A stretch of DNA of 63,836 bases, the filler included, from Acetivibrio sp. (lineage in GTDB: Bacteria > Bacillota > Clostridia > Acetivibrionales > Acetivibrionaceae): NCBI RefSeq assembly GCF_035371925.1. It is 20 parts of 20 records of this genome, joined end to end, with 100 filler letters (N's around TTAATTAATTAA, not from the genome) between each part and the next. Parts side by side here need not be neighbours in the genome. Positions count along the whole stretch, not along the records: positions 25,608 to 28,821 come from NZ_DAORXT010000157.1; positions 28,922 to 32,101 come from NZ_DAORXT010000158.1; positions 32,202 to 35,317 come from NZ_DAORXT010000159.1; positions 35,418 to 38,488 come from NZ_DAORXT010000160.1; 16 more parts are not named here. One strand, written 5' to 3'. A program made the position numbers and the translations under genes. Below are positions 28,409 to 38,588 of the stretch, piece by piece; position 1 is the stretch's first letter, and each line of letters starts with the position of its first letter. The notes beneath the pieces were generated by a model. That model did no database searches. It saw only the letters and a program-made list of their open reading frames with translations, and was not told where the DNA came from.

Positions 28409-28921
28409 TATTAAAAATCCCGTCCTCTCTTTGATAGTTAGAAATAATAATAACTGCATTTGAATATCAAATAGTTCTTCGAAACATGTTTCGTAAGTGA
28501 TTCAATCCGCTCTTAATCGACAGAATGATTCCAAGACCCGTTATTTGAATTTGGGTTATTCGAATTTTCTGTAGATTAACTCTTATAAAAGCATTTTTTA
28601 TTACACTGAACTTTCAAAACAAAATCAACTTTAACTTGCAATTGAAACTTGGTAACTGATACTTTAAAAAACTTGCCCTGCACAAGTTTGATATTGGACA
28701 AATAAATAGAATTTTTATAATATAGGTACCTATAAAGGAATTATATACATAATATTAAAAAAAATCACGTTTCTTTTGCAGTTATAGTTTAAAAGAAAAA
28801 TTACCAAAGGCAATAATACACNNNNNNNNNNNNNNNNNNNNNNNNNNNNNNNNNNNNNNNNNNNNTTAATTAATTAANNNNNNNNNNNNNNNNNNNNNNN
28901 NNNNNNNNNNNNNNNNNNNNN

Positions 28922-29106
28922 CCCAAGGTAATATCTCACCATATGATATACAAAACTTCCAAATCCCCCTTCCGCCCCTTGAAGTCCAGCAGTGTATTGT
29001 CGATAAAATCGAAGCCGAGCGAAGAGTGATAGACAGCCTGCGGGAGATGGTGAAAACCTACGAGGAGAAGATAAAAAAAGTGATTGCTAAGGTGTGGGAG
29101 GAGTGA
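28922..29106 (+). CDS. C-terminal fragment of a restriction-modification specificity (HsdS-like) domain protein
   Basis: Manual translation QGNISPYDIQNFQIPLPPLEVQQCIVDKIEAERRVIDSLREMVKTYEEKIKKVIAKVWEE*. Confidence 0.75.
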
Positions 29107-29115
29107 TATCTAACT

Positions 29116-30909
29116 ATGATTATCCAGAAATTTTCTGTTAACAATCATCCTATACAAACACTGCTTTCTTGGGTAACAAGTAATGAAATTGCGATTCCGG
29201 AAATCCAAAGACCCTTTGTGTGGGATGCTTCAAAAGTGCGGGATTTAATAGATTCACTGTATAAGGGATTCCCCATAGGATATATTATAGCCTGGCAGAA
29301 CCCAACTGTCAGATTAAAGGATGGTAGTTCATCAAAGGGTAAGAAAATTCTTATTGATGGGCAGCAGCGGATAACCGCATTAATGGCTGCACTTCTGGGA
29401 AAAGAAATCATAGATAAGGATTATCAAAGAAAACGAATAGTAATTGCCTTTAATCCTGATGAAATGATGTTTGAAGTATCTAACCCTGCTATTCAAAAGG
29501 ATAAAAGATGGATTGCTGATATATCTAAAATATTTGCACCGGAGTTCAAGCTTTTAGATAAATTAAAAGAGTATTGTACTAACAATCCTGAAATGAATGA
29601 AGAAAAAATATTAAATGCATTTGACTCACTTAAGAGTATTATCAATATTCCCGTAGGTCTTATAGAACTAAGCCCTGAGCTTGAGATTAGTGAAATAACA
29701 GAAATATTTATTCGTATCAACTCGTCCGGTGTTACATTAAATCAGGCAGATTTTGCAATGTCGAAGATTGCAGTTGATGAAAAAAATGGCGGTAATCTAC
29801 TCCGAAAGGCTATAGATTACTTCTGTCATCTGGCGGTAGAACCTGATTTTATTAAACAGTTAAAAGAAAATGACAAAGAATTTACAAGCACAGATTATTT
29901 TCAAAAAATGTCATGGTTAAAAGATGATCGTGACGATATATATGACCCTTCTTATACAGATATGCTCAGGGTTTCTTTTACTTCAAAGTTTCATCGTGGT
30001 CAACTTCAGGACCTGGTCGCTTTGCTTTCTGGTAGAGATTTTGGAACCCGGCAGTATAAAGAAGAAATAGCAGAAGAAGCATTTAACACGCTACGTGAGG
30101 GTGTTCTCAATTTTATGAACGAAACTCATTTTAAAAGATTTGTAATGATTATTCGTTCCGCAGGTTTTATAGATAGTTCGATGATACGTTCTCAAAATGC
30201 ATTAAATTTTGCCTATATACTTTATTTGACCCTACGAGAATTAAATTATAATCAAGCTAAGATTGAACAACTGGTAAGGAAATGGTTTGTGCTGTCGGTG
30301 TTAACAAGCCGTTATTCTGGTTCACCAGAAAGTCAATTTAATATTGACATAAGACGGGTGTATGAACGACCAGAAGAATATATTAACAATGTAATATCTG
30401 CCGAATTATCCGACACCTATTGGACAATAGCATTACCACAAAGTATGGATACCTCTGTAGCAAGTAGTCCAATTTTTAATGTGTTTCTTGCCGCACAGGT
30501 AAAAATGAACGATAAGGGCTTCCTTTCAAAGGATATTACCGTAAAGGATTTACTAGAATTAAAAGGCGACATTCACCACATTTATCCAAAGAATTACTTA
30601 AAAAAGCAGAATTACAATCGAGGAATGTATAATCAAATTGGTAATTATGTTATGGCACAAAGTGAAATAAACATAGCAATAGGCGACAAAGAGCCAGAAA
30701 AATATTTTTCAGAATTAAAAAAACAATGCGAAACACAAGCTGCTAAATATGGTGCAATCATTGATATAGAGCAGCTTAAAGAAAATCTAAAAGATAATTG
30801 TATCCCAATTACATTATTATATGGTACATCTGTTACATATGAAGATTTTTTAAAAGAAAGAAGATTTTTAATGGCTAATAAAATTAGAAATTACTTTGAA
30901 TTGCTATAG
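29116..30909 (+). CDS. GmrSD-family (DUF262 plus DUF1524-like) modification-dependent restriction endonuclease
   Basis: [39 protein letters not shown]-terminal [16 protein letters not shown]. Confidence 0.85.
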   Translation: MIIQKFSVNNHPIQTLLSWVTSNEIAIPEIQRPFVWDASKVRDLIDSLYKGFPIGYIIAWQNPTVRLKDGSSSKGKKILIDGQQRITALMAALLGKEIIDKDYQRKRIVIAFNPDEMMFEVSNPAIQKDKRWIADISKIFAPEFKLLDKLKEYCTNNPEMNEEKILNAFDSLKSIINIPVGLIELSPELEISEITEIFIRINSSGVTLNQADFAMSKIAVDEKNGGNLLRKAIDYFCHLAVEPDFIKQLKENDKEFTSTDYFQKMSWLKDDRDDIYDPSYTDMLRVSFTSKFHRGQLQDLVALLSGRDFGTRQYKEEIAEEAFNTLREGVLNFMNETHFKRFVMIIRSAGFIDSSMIRSQNALNFAYILYLTLRELNYNQAKIEQLVRKWFVLSVLTSRYSGSPESQFNIDIRRVYERPEEYINNVISAELSDTYWTIALPQSMDTSVASSPIFNVFLAAQVKMNDKGFLSKDITVKDLLELKGDIHHIYPKNYLKKQNYNRGMYNQIGNYVMAQSEINIAIGDKEPEKYFSELKKQCETQAAKYGAIIDIEQLKENLKDNCIPITLLYGTSVTYEDFLKERRFLMANKIRNYFELL

Positions 30910-31055
30910 ATGCATGCCTCAGTTAGAGTAATGGGTAAGGATACGGTTGCTTCCCCCTATGGCGTAAATGATCTTTACTCGGATTGAAATTAACGATTAC
31001 GATTATTAGCTGACTTGATTATGCATACAAATAGCTGTATATTATATGCAGAGGT

Positions 31056-31307
31056 GTGTATATGCCGTTACTCCAGGTACGAGATTGCCCAGAAGACCTT
31101 TACCGTAAGATAACTTATTATGCCAGAAAGCAAAATCGAACAATTGCTCAGCAAGTAATTGTTATTTTAGAAAAAGGACTTGGACAAGATCTTTCCAATA
31201 TTGAAAGGAGAAAAGAACTCCTTGAAAAAATCAATAGCAGAAATATACCTGAAAGGGTACAAGAATTGGACGATGTAGCCCTCATCAGAGAAGATAGAGA
31301 TAGATGA
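31056..31307 (+). CDS. FitA/VapB-like ribbon-helix-helix antitoxin
   Basis: MPLLQVRDCPEDLYRKI...NRTIAQQVIVIL, ALIREDRDR; overlaps the PIN gene by 4 nt. Confidence 0.85.
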   Translation: MYMPLLQVRDCPEDLYRKITYYARKQNRTIAQQVIVILEKGLGQDLSNIERRKELLEKINSRNIPERVQELDDVALIREDRDR

Positions 31308-31702
31308 CAATAGTACTTGATGTAAGTGCCGCAATTCAAATACTCCTCAAAAAGGATAGGAAAAAGTACTTTTCTGAAATATATGAAAAGTCATCATGGG
31401 TCATTGCTCCAGATTTGTACATTGCTGAAATCACTAATGTGTTATGGAACTATAATAAGGCTGGAATATTATCAGCTGACGAGTGTCAGCAATATGTTGA
31501 AGATGGAGTTGCACTCATAGATGGTTATTTTCAAACTATAGATTTATGGAAAGAAGTGCTTGGTGAAAGCATTAGGTATAAGCATTCTTCTTACGACCTG
31601 TTCTACGCAATACTAGCCAGAAGGAATAGCGGTAAGCTAATAACAAATGATAAAGAACTGGAAAATATTTGTAAGAAGATGAAAATAGAATGCAATGGGT
31701 AA
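31304..31702 (+). CDS. vapC: VapC-family PIN domain toxin
   Basis: IVLDVSAAI, APDLYIAEITNVL, YDLFYAILA, LITNDKEL. Confidence 0.9.
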   Translation: MTIVLDVSAAIQILLKKDRKKYFSEIYEKSSWVIAPDLYIAEITNVLWNYNKAGILSADECQQYVEDGVALIDGYFQTIDLWKEVLGESIRYKHSSYDLFYAILARRNSGKLITNDKELENICKKMKIECNG

Positions 31703-31709
31703 CATCTGT

Positions 31710-32000
31710 ATGGAGCGTAATCGTCATAAACTTTCCGTTAGCGGTATAGCTGGATGAGCTAAGGTTATACGGTAACAGGGTTTCCCGTTCTGGTTCGGAA
31801 CAGCAAATCGAGATACGTATAGGGTTCGTGGCTATTGACTTTGGCTGTTTAATTGTTACCAACCGTTCCTTTCAGATCCACCGCTTTCTCGGTTTTCCTC
31901 TGTTGACTCGTGACCTTAATGGAATCGACATATTTCCTTTTGATATGGTCAGGTGTCTTAGATAGCCTGCGAACCCACGAGACCCTTTTCTACAAACCCA
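31710..32000 (-). mobile_element. Possible group II intron domain I fragment without ORF
   Basis: Non-coding, GC-richer, with GAGAAAGCGGTGGATCTGAAAGGAAC, CCACGAACC and CGGGAAACCCTG segments reminiscent of intron domain I; no domain V found. Confidence 0.35.
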
Positions 32001-32261
32001 TTGATGTGCTTCTACATATCCGTAAACCCAGGACGTGAAAAATTGATAGTTACAATACCCCGAGAAGTGTTTCCAGTAATATTTTGTTGAATGCTTTTTA
32101 ANNNNNNNNNNNNNNNNNNNNNNNNNNNNNNNNNNNNNNNNNNNNTTAATTAATTAANNNNNNNNNNNNNNNNNNNNNNNNNNNNNNNNNNNNNNNNNNN
32201 NATTCTATGATTGAGTGAGAAAACGAGAGAAAAATGAAGAAATATTAGGGAGGTGGGTAAA

Positions 32262-32930
32262 ATGATAATTGATACCAGTACAACCATTGCGTATAAGTGT
32301 TCATCCTGTGGCGCATTTCAATTTACGAACGTATCACTCTTTGAGATGTCGAATAAAAAAGAAAGCAGCTTTACTTGCCGATGCAATGGCTCATCGCTGG
32401 TTATAGCAAAAGAAGGCCCGGCCGATTACAGGATTGTGATACCATGTATAGGTTGCGGTACCGACCATATTTACCTGTTTAGCAGGAGAGAGCTTATAAC
32501 AGGCGAAATCAGCGTGTTGAACTGTCCTAAAACAGGAATGCAGCAGTGTTTCATAGGTAGTGATGAGGATGTAAGGAAGAAAATAGACAGTCTTGAAAAG
32601 GAATTTGACGAGCTCATTGATACATTAGGCTACGATAATTATTTTGCAAATACCCAGGTAATGTTTGATTCGCTGAATATCATTCATGATATTGCCGAAA
32701 AAGGAAATTTATTTTGTGAATGCGGTAATAATGATATTGAATTATTATTACTTTCTGATAAAATTTATTTAAGGTGCAAAAAATGTCCTGCCAGTAAAAT
32801 AATTTATGCCTCATCCAACGAACACTTAAAGAACAATTTGCAGACAAGGCAGATTCTTCTTATGGATGAGGGGCAGCCGTTAGATATCAAAACTACAGAA
32901 CCGCGAATGAAAAAGAGAGATGGAAAATGA
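32262..32930 (+). CDS. Conserved Cys-rich hypothetical protein (putative multi-zinc-ribbon)
   Basis: CSSC, CRC, CIGC, CPKT, CECG, CKKC motifs; ATG at 32262 after GGAGG. Confidence 0.75.
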   Translation: MIIDTSTTIAYKCSSCGAFQFTNVSLFEMSNKKESSFTCRCNGSSLVIAKEGPADYRIVIPCIGCGTDHIYLFSRRELITGEISVLNCPKTGMQQCFIGSDEDVRKKIDSLEKEFDELIDTLGYDNYFANTQVMFDSLNIIHDIAEKGNLFCECGNNDIELLLLSDKIYLRCKKCPASKIIYASSNEHLKNNLQTRQILLMDEGQPLDIKTTEPRMKKRDGK

Positions 32931-33173
32931 TTTAAAAAAGGTTTATAATTATATTAGATGAGTTTTGCTTATTCGATTTAGGGTGGACAGTTAGATAAAG
33001 AAGAATTGCTGTGCTTTAATGAGATGATTTTGGGGGATTGTTGTGGCAAAAAACTGTAATAATCACATCCGTTTTGCATAAATTCAGGTTGCTTTTTACA
33101 AAAATAATATAGGTAAATATGTTATTGATTATATGCAAAATTGAGGATTTTTAGGGGAAAGATAAATTTGCAA

Positions 33174-33202
33174 TTGACAAAAACGATTGGCGTTGATATA
33201 AT
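33174..33202 (+). promoter_or_regulatory. Consensus sigma-A promoter of rho
   Basis: TTGACA, 17 nt, TATAAT. Confidence 0.85.
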
Positions 33203-33344
33203 ATCAATTGCTTGTAATGATACTCTAAGATTCTCCTCAAAAAATGAACCTTTCCGGTTATAAAGGTTTTACAGACATTATCTAATTGTATGAACTCCCT
33301 ATTAAGTTGGAAATATATATTATGTATAAATAAGGTGGTGTAAT

Positions 33345-35270
33345 ATGGACGATATAAAGCTCAAAGAGAAGACGCTTGAGGACTTAAGGTACATTGCGAA
33401 AATGTTGGGGATAAAAAAAGTTACCACATATAAAAAAAGTGAACTTATCGAAAAAATTTACGAAGTAGGCAAAAGCAATGGTATAGATAATCTTCAGGAT
33501 CAAATCATAAAAAAAGATGAAGATGAAAAACCGGCTGATAGCAAGGATGAACAGAAAGATATAAAGGACAATGAGCAGGTTTCAAAAAGCGGAGAAGCCA
33601 CGTTGACCGAGGAACCTCCTGTAGTACTGAGAAAGTCTAAAAGGGGGAGACCGAAATCCGTTAAGGTTCAACAACAGGAAGACACAAATGTTGAGTCTGC
33701 TCCGGTAAAAGCTGAGGAGGGTAAACCCGAAGCTGAATCCAAGATTAAATCAAAATCCGAATCCGAAAAAGCCGAATCGAAATCCGAATCAAAAGAAGAT
33801 GAATCAAAAATCGAATCCAAAGAGGCAAAATCAAAAGCTGAATCCAAGGAAGCCGAAACTGATACAAATAATCAGGAAGCCGTTAACACTGTTGATTCTT
33901 CAAAGGTAGAAACCAATGAAGTTATAAAGCAGCAAAAAGAAGAAAGTAATGATAATGCTGCAGAAAACAATTCGGCAAAACAAGAACAGACCAGTGGTTT
34001 GGCAGATGGTTTTGTGATGCCTAAAACCGAATCCGAACTGGTGGCTGAGGCTGATGCCGAGAAAGCAAAAGCTGAGAGGAAACAGCTTGAGCAAAAGCAG
34101 CCTGAGCAAAAGAAGGAAGGCGAGAAACTGCCCAACGGGCTTGAAAAGATAGAAAGTGATGACCCTGTAGAAGGGGTACTGGAAGTATTGCCTGACGGCT
34201 ATGGATTTTTAAGAAGCGACAATTACCTGTCCGGTCCGAAAGATGTGTATGTATCGCCATCGCAAATCAGACGTTTCAACTTAAAAACAGGAGACAAGAT
34301 AAAGGGAAAAGGACGTATTCCAAAAGAGGGAGAGAAATTCCAGGCTTTGCTGTATGTTCAATCGGTTAATGGAGATCCGCCGGAAGTTGCAGCAAAAAGA
34401 GTGCCCTTTGAATACTTAACGCCAATATACCCTGACCAGAGGATTACTCTTGAAACCACTCCAAGAGAATTGTCAACAAGACTGATTGATTTAATAGCGC
34501 CCATTGGAAAAGGTCAGCGCGGTATGATTGTTTCACCTCCGAAAGCGGGTAAAACCATACTGTTAAAGAAAATTGCAAATGCTATTACCAACAACTATCC
34601 TGAAATGGAGCTGATTGTGCTTCTCATAGACGAAAGACCTGAAGAAGTAACAGACATGCAGCGCTCTATCAAGGGTGAGGTTATATATTCTACTTTCGAT
34701 GAAGTGCCTGAGCATCACATAAAGGTTGCCGAAATGGTACTTGAAAGGGCACAAAGACTGGTTGAGCAGAAAAAAGACGTTGTAATACTGTTAGACAGTA
34801 TCACAAGGTTGGCAAGGGCATACAACCTTACAATTCCTCCGACAGGAAGGACCCTTTCGGGAGGTCTTGATCCCGGTGCGCTTCACAAACCGAAGAGATT
34901 CTTTGGTGCGGCAAGAAATATAGAAAATGGCGGAAGCCTTACAATTATGGCTACAGCATTGATTGAAACGGGAAGCAGAATGGATGATGTTATATTTGAG
35001 GAATTCAAAGGAACGGGAAATATGGAGCTCCATCTCGACAGGAGGCTTTCCGAAAAAAGAATATTCCCTGCAATAGATGTAAACAGATCCGGAACCAGAA
35101 GAGAGGAATTGCTTCTTGACCAGAAAGAGCTTGAAGGAATTTGGGCTATCAGAAAGGCAATGAGCAATATGGGAACGGCCGAGGTTACGGAAATGATTAT
35201 AAACCGTTTGATGCAGACTAAGAATAATGCGGAATTTGTAAATAGTATAAATGTTGCATTTGTTGGGTAA
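33345..35270 (+). CDS. rho: Transcription termination factor Rho with long N-terminal low-complexity insertion
   Basis: [60 protein letters not shown]. Confidence 0.97.
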   Translation: MDDIKLKEKTLEDLRYIAKMLGIKKVTTYKKSELIEKIYEVGKSNGIDNLQDQIIKKDEDEKPADSKDEQKDIKDNEQVSKSGEATLTEEPPVVLRKSKRGRPKSVKVQQQEDTNVESAPVKAEEGKPEAESKIKSKSESEKAESKSESKEDESKIESKEAKSKAESKEAETDTNNQEAVNTVDSSKVETNEVIKQQKEESNDNAAENNSAKQEQTSGLADGFVMPKTESELVAEADAEKAKAERKQLEQKQPEQKKEGEKLPNGLEKIESDDPVEGVLEVLPDGYGFLRSDNYLSGPKDVYVSPSQIRRFNLKTGDKIKGKGRIPKEGEKFQALLYVQSVNGDPPEVAAKRVPFEYLTPIYPDQRITLETTPRELSTRLIDLIAPIGKGQRGMIVSPPKAGKTILLKKIANAITNNYPEMELIVLLIDERPEEVTDMQRSIKGEVIYSTFDEVPEHHIKVAEMVLERAQRLVEQKKDVVILLDSITRLARAYNLTIPPTGRTLSGGLDPGALHKPKRFFGAARNIENGGSLTIMATALIETGSRMDDVIFEEFKGTGNMELHLDRRLSEKRIFPAIDVNRSGTRREELLLDQKELEGIWAIRKAMSNMGTAEVTEMIINRLMQTKNNAEFVNSINVAFVG

Positions 35271-35417
35271 GTTGTAAAATTAATTGCCCAAACATGATAA
35301 AAAAGAAGTGACTCAAANNNNNNNNNNNNNNNNNNNNNNNNNNNNNNNNNNNNNNNNNNNNTTAATTAATTAANNNNNNNNNNNNNNNNNNNNNNNNNNN
35401 NNNNNNNNNNNNNNNNN

Positions 35418-35472
35418 TTGTCGAAATAAGAGGACGGCAAAATATTTTTCACAATCCGTTTTATTGTACAGT
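35418..35472. repeat. 55-nt reverse-complement match to positions 1-55
   Basis: Direct comparison. Confidence 0.95.
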
Positions 35473-35596
35473 ATTTGTGATATAATTGTTCTGATGTGGT
35501 ATTAAAATTTTCAATATAAAGTAAGATTACATGCTGATTTATACAAAATTTCAGACGTATGAATCAAGTGCTATATAGTGTTTGCAAGAGGAGTCA

Positions 35597-36280
35597 ATGG
35601 ATAAAAAACTACATGAGGGACACAGGCAAAGAGTAAAAACCAGATATTTGACAGAAGGATTGGATACTTTCGAAGATCATCAGGTGCTGGAGATGCTTCT
35701 GTTCTACTGCATTCCGATGAGGGACACAAATGAACTTGCCCACAAGATGATTAAGGAATTTGGCTCACTGGCAGGGCTGTTTGAAGCTAACCCGAAGGAC
35801 ATATGCAAACGGTGTGGAGTAAGTGAAAACACAGCTATTTTAGTTTCACTGATTCCTTCACTGGCAAGAAGATATTTTAAAGGAAAATGGGGAGACAAGC
35901 CTGTTCTTAACAGCTCGTCAAAGGCTGGTGAGTACGCTGTCTCTCTTTTTGCTGGCAGGACCTATGAAGCGTTTTTTGTGATATGTTTGGATGCACAGAA
36001 CAGGGTTAATTATGCGGCATTGGTTCATGAGGGAACAATTAACGAGGCACCAGTTTATCCAAGGTTGATTGTCGAGACAGCACTAAGGCACCAGGCTAAT
36101 AGTGTGATTTTGGCACATAACCATCCTGGGGGCAGCTTGCAACCTTCTCAGGCGGATATAGAGGTGACAAAAAGAATAACTGCGGCCCTTGAAGCTATAT
36201 CTATAGGTGTTGTTGATCATATTATAGTTGCCGGAGAGAGATATGTTAGCTTTGCTGAGAAAGGTTTGATAAATGTTTGA
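35597..36280 (+). CDS. radC: RadC family protein (JAB/MPN domain)
   Basis: HEGHRQR, ELLLF-like EMLLF, EAFFVICLD, VYPR, AHNHPGG..PSQAD, DHII. Confidence 0.93.
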   Translation: MDKKLHEGHRQRVKTRYLTEGLDTFEDHQVLEMLLFYCIPMRDTNELAHKMIKEFGSLAGLFEANPKDICKRCGVSENTAILVSLIPSLARRYFKGKWGDKPVLNSSSKAGEYAVSLFAGRTYEAFFVICLDAQNRVNYAALVHEGTINEAPVYPRLIVETALRHQANSVILAHNHPGGSLQPSQADIEVTKRITAALEAISIGVVDHIIVAGERYVSFAEKGLINV

Positions 36281-36335
36281 TATTTTTATATACTAAGCAT
36301 ATAGCATAATTTTACAGGACAAAAGAGGTGCAGTA

Positions 36336-38488
36336 ATGAGCTTTTTTGATAATCATTACCTGTTTTCAGAAACATATATAAAAGAATACATAGAACAGCA
36401 AAAACACAAAGACATTACAGGCCAGGACATTTTGAATAAATACAAAACAATTAAGGAATGGCATGATGAATGCAGTGATACTAATTGGTTTACAGACTTT
36501 ATCCGACCGGTCCTTGATACAATGGGTTTTAAATATCCACCAGTTAAGGACAATATAATTATATTATATACGAACCCTCCTGCTTCCGGAGATAGACCGG
36601 TTGCAGTGTTGTATGCCGTTTCAAAAGGATTTGATTTGGATTCAAAAAAGAAAGGAAAGTACTATGCTTTTAATGCAGTAAAGGCTGCAAAAGAGAATGG
36701 CGTTGAATGGGCTATGCTGACCAACGGGTACAAGTGGAGGGTTTATAACACCAGAAACGTAAGTCCGTACGAGAACTACCTGGAAGTAGATATTGAAAAC
36801 AGCGTAAATAATATGGAAAGTCCAGATGAAGCGTTTACGCTTTTCAACCTGTTCTTTAATGTCAGGACATACTACCGTGAAGATGATGGTGAACTTGTAA
36901 TTGAGAAAATCAAGGAGAAGTCGGATAAAAAGGCTGAACAGATTGAAGATTTCCTAAGAGGTAAAGCAGAAGAGATTTTAAAGGACCTGTGTTATGGTTT
37001 CAAAGAAAATATGGGGTATGAAAAGTATGACAGAACAACATGCCGGATGATTTACCAGGACGCGATTACCCTTTTGTTCCGCATGCTTTTCTTCGGGTAT
37101 GCCGAGTCAAGGGGGCTGCTGCCATGCAATCAAGAGGATGTTGATTACAGGAACAACAGTTTTTTCAAGTTGTGTGAAGAAGCGAAGGATGTTTTAAATC
37201 AGGGAAAGGCACACGAAATTAAAAATGGCTTTGATTTCTGGGACAGACTGGATGAGCATTTGAGGATTTATGTCGACAGGACTTATAACGGCGGGCTTTT
37301 TGATAACAGTGATAAACCCATATTGAGGGAGTACAGAATTGCAAACGGATGGCTGATAAAGTGTTTAGCGGAGATAGCCTATAAGAAGGACAGAAAGACA
37401 AACAGCTATATTGAAAAAATTGAATACAAGGACCTTTCGGTGAGGAACCTTGGGTCCATATACGAAGGGCTTCTGGAATTCAATTTGTTTATCGCAGACG
37501 AGAGAATGGTAAAACGTATTTCAAAAGGAAAAGTACAGTATCTGAAAACTCGAGGACTTACTTTAAGGAAATCAGATGAACCAAACATTATCGAACCAGG
37601 AGATATATACCTTTCTCAGGATGCCACTGAAAGAAAGGATACGGGTTCATATTATACCCCTGAAGACGTGGTTGAATACATAGTATCAAATACAGTGGGA
37701 AGGAAGCTTGAGGAGCTTAAGAATGAATTGAAAGAATTATTAAAAACTGACTTTGACGCACTTGCGTACGAGCCCACCGATTCTGGAAAAAAGCGTATAC
37801 AGAGGCGTATAGACGAAGAAACTGTAAAATTTATCGAAGATAAGGTTTTAAGCCTGTCGGTTATTGACAGTGCTATGGGAAGCGGCCACTTCCTGGTAAA
37901 TGCAGCATACAGGCTTGCAAACGGAATTGTGGATATATTATGTGAGAATAATTGGGAAAGTGATGAGGATATTTACGTTGACATTGGACACTGGAAAAGA
38001 AGGGTTGTAGAAAACTGCATTTACGGAATAGATATAAATCCTCTTGCGGTAATGCTTGCCAAGCTTTCCCTATGGTTGATATCTGCATCCAATGATAAGG
38101 CTTTGTCTTTTATTGACCATCATTTGAAAGTGGGAAATAGTATTATAGGAACCGATAGGCATCATGTAAAGGTTAAAAATGAGAAATACCCAATATTTGA
38201 AGTGTCTTATGAAAATTATATGGATTCTGTAATGAAAAAGTATAAGGAATTAAAAAAAACAGGCAGCGCAACCAGGGAGGACGTAAAAAAACAGCAGGAA
38301 ATTCATGATGAAATCAACCAGATGCTTGAGCTTGTGAAGAAAAAGTATGATTACTACCTGGCAAGCTTGTATGCTGGCGGAATTCAAGATGAGATGAAAT
38401 TTGCTGATGTGTTGAGAAGCAAGGATATAAATGACTTCAAAACGGAAGAAATGGAACCGCTGTGGAAGATTGCAGAGGAAAAGAAATT
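36336..38488 (+). CDS. Type IIG/Eco57I-like fused restriction endonuclease-adenine methyltransferase (3' end cut by contig end)
   Basis: N-terminal AMLTNGYKWRVY, LGSIYEGLLE, GSYYTP, DSAMGSGHFL, YGIDINP, LKVGNS. Confidence 0.85.
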
Positions 38489-38588
38489 NNNNNNNNNNNN
38501 NNNNNNNNNNNNNNNNNNNNNNNNNNNNNNNNTTAATTAATTAANNNNNNNNNNNNNNNNNNNNNNNNNNNNNNNNNNNNNNNNNNNN

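Noticed and set aside
33872..34260. Antisense ORFs within the Rho insert as an overlapping gene
   Set aside because: They are open only because the low-complexity sense strand lacks antisense stop codons.
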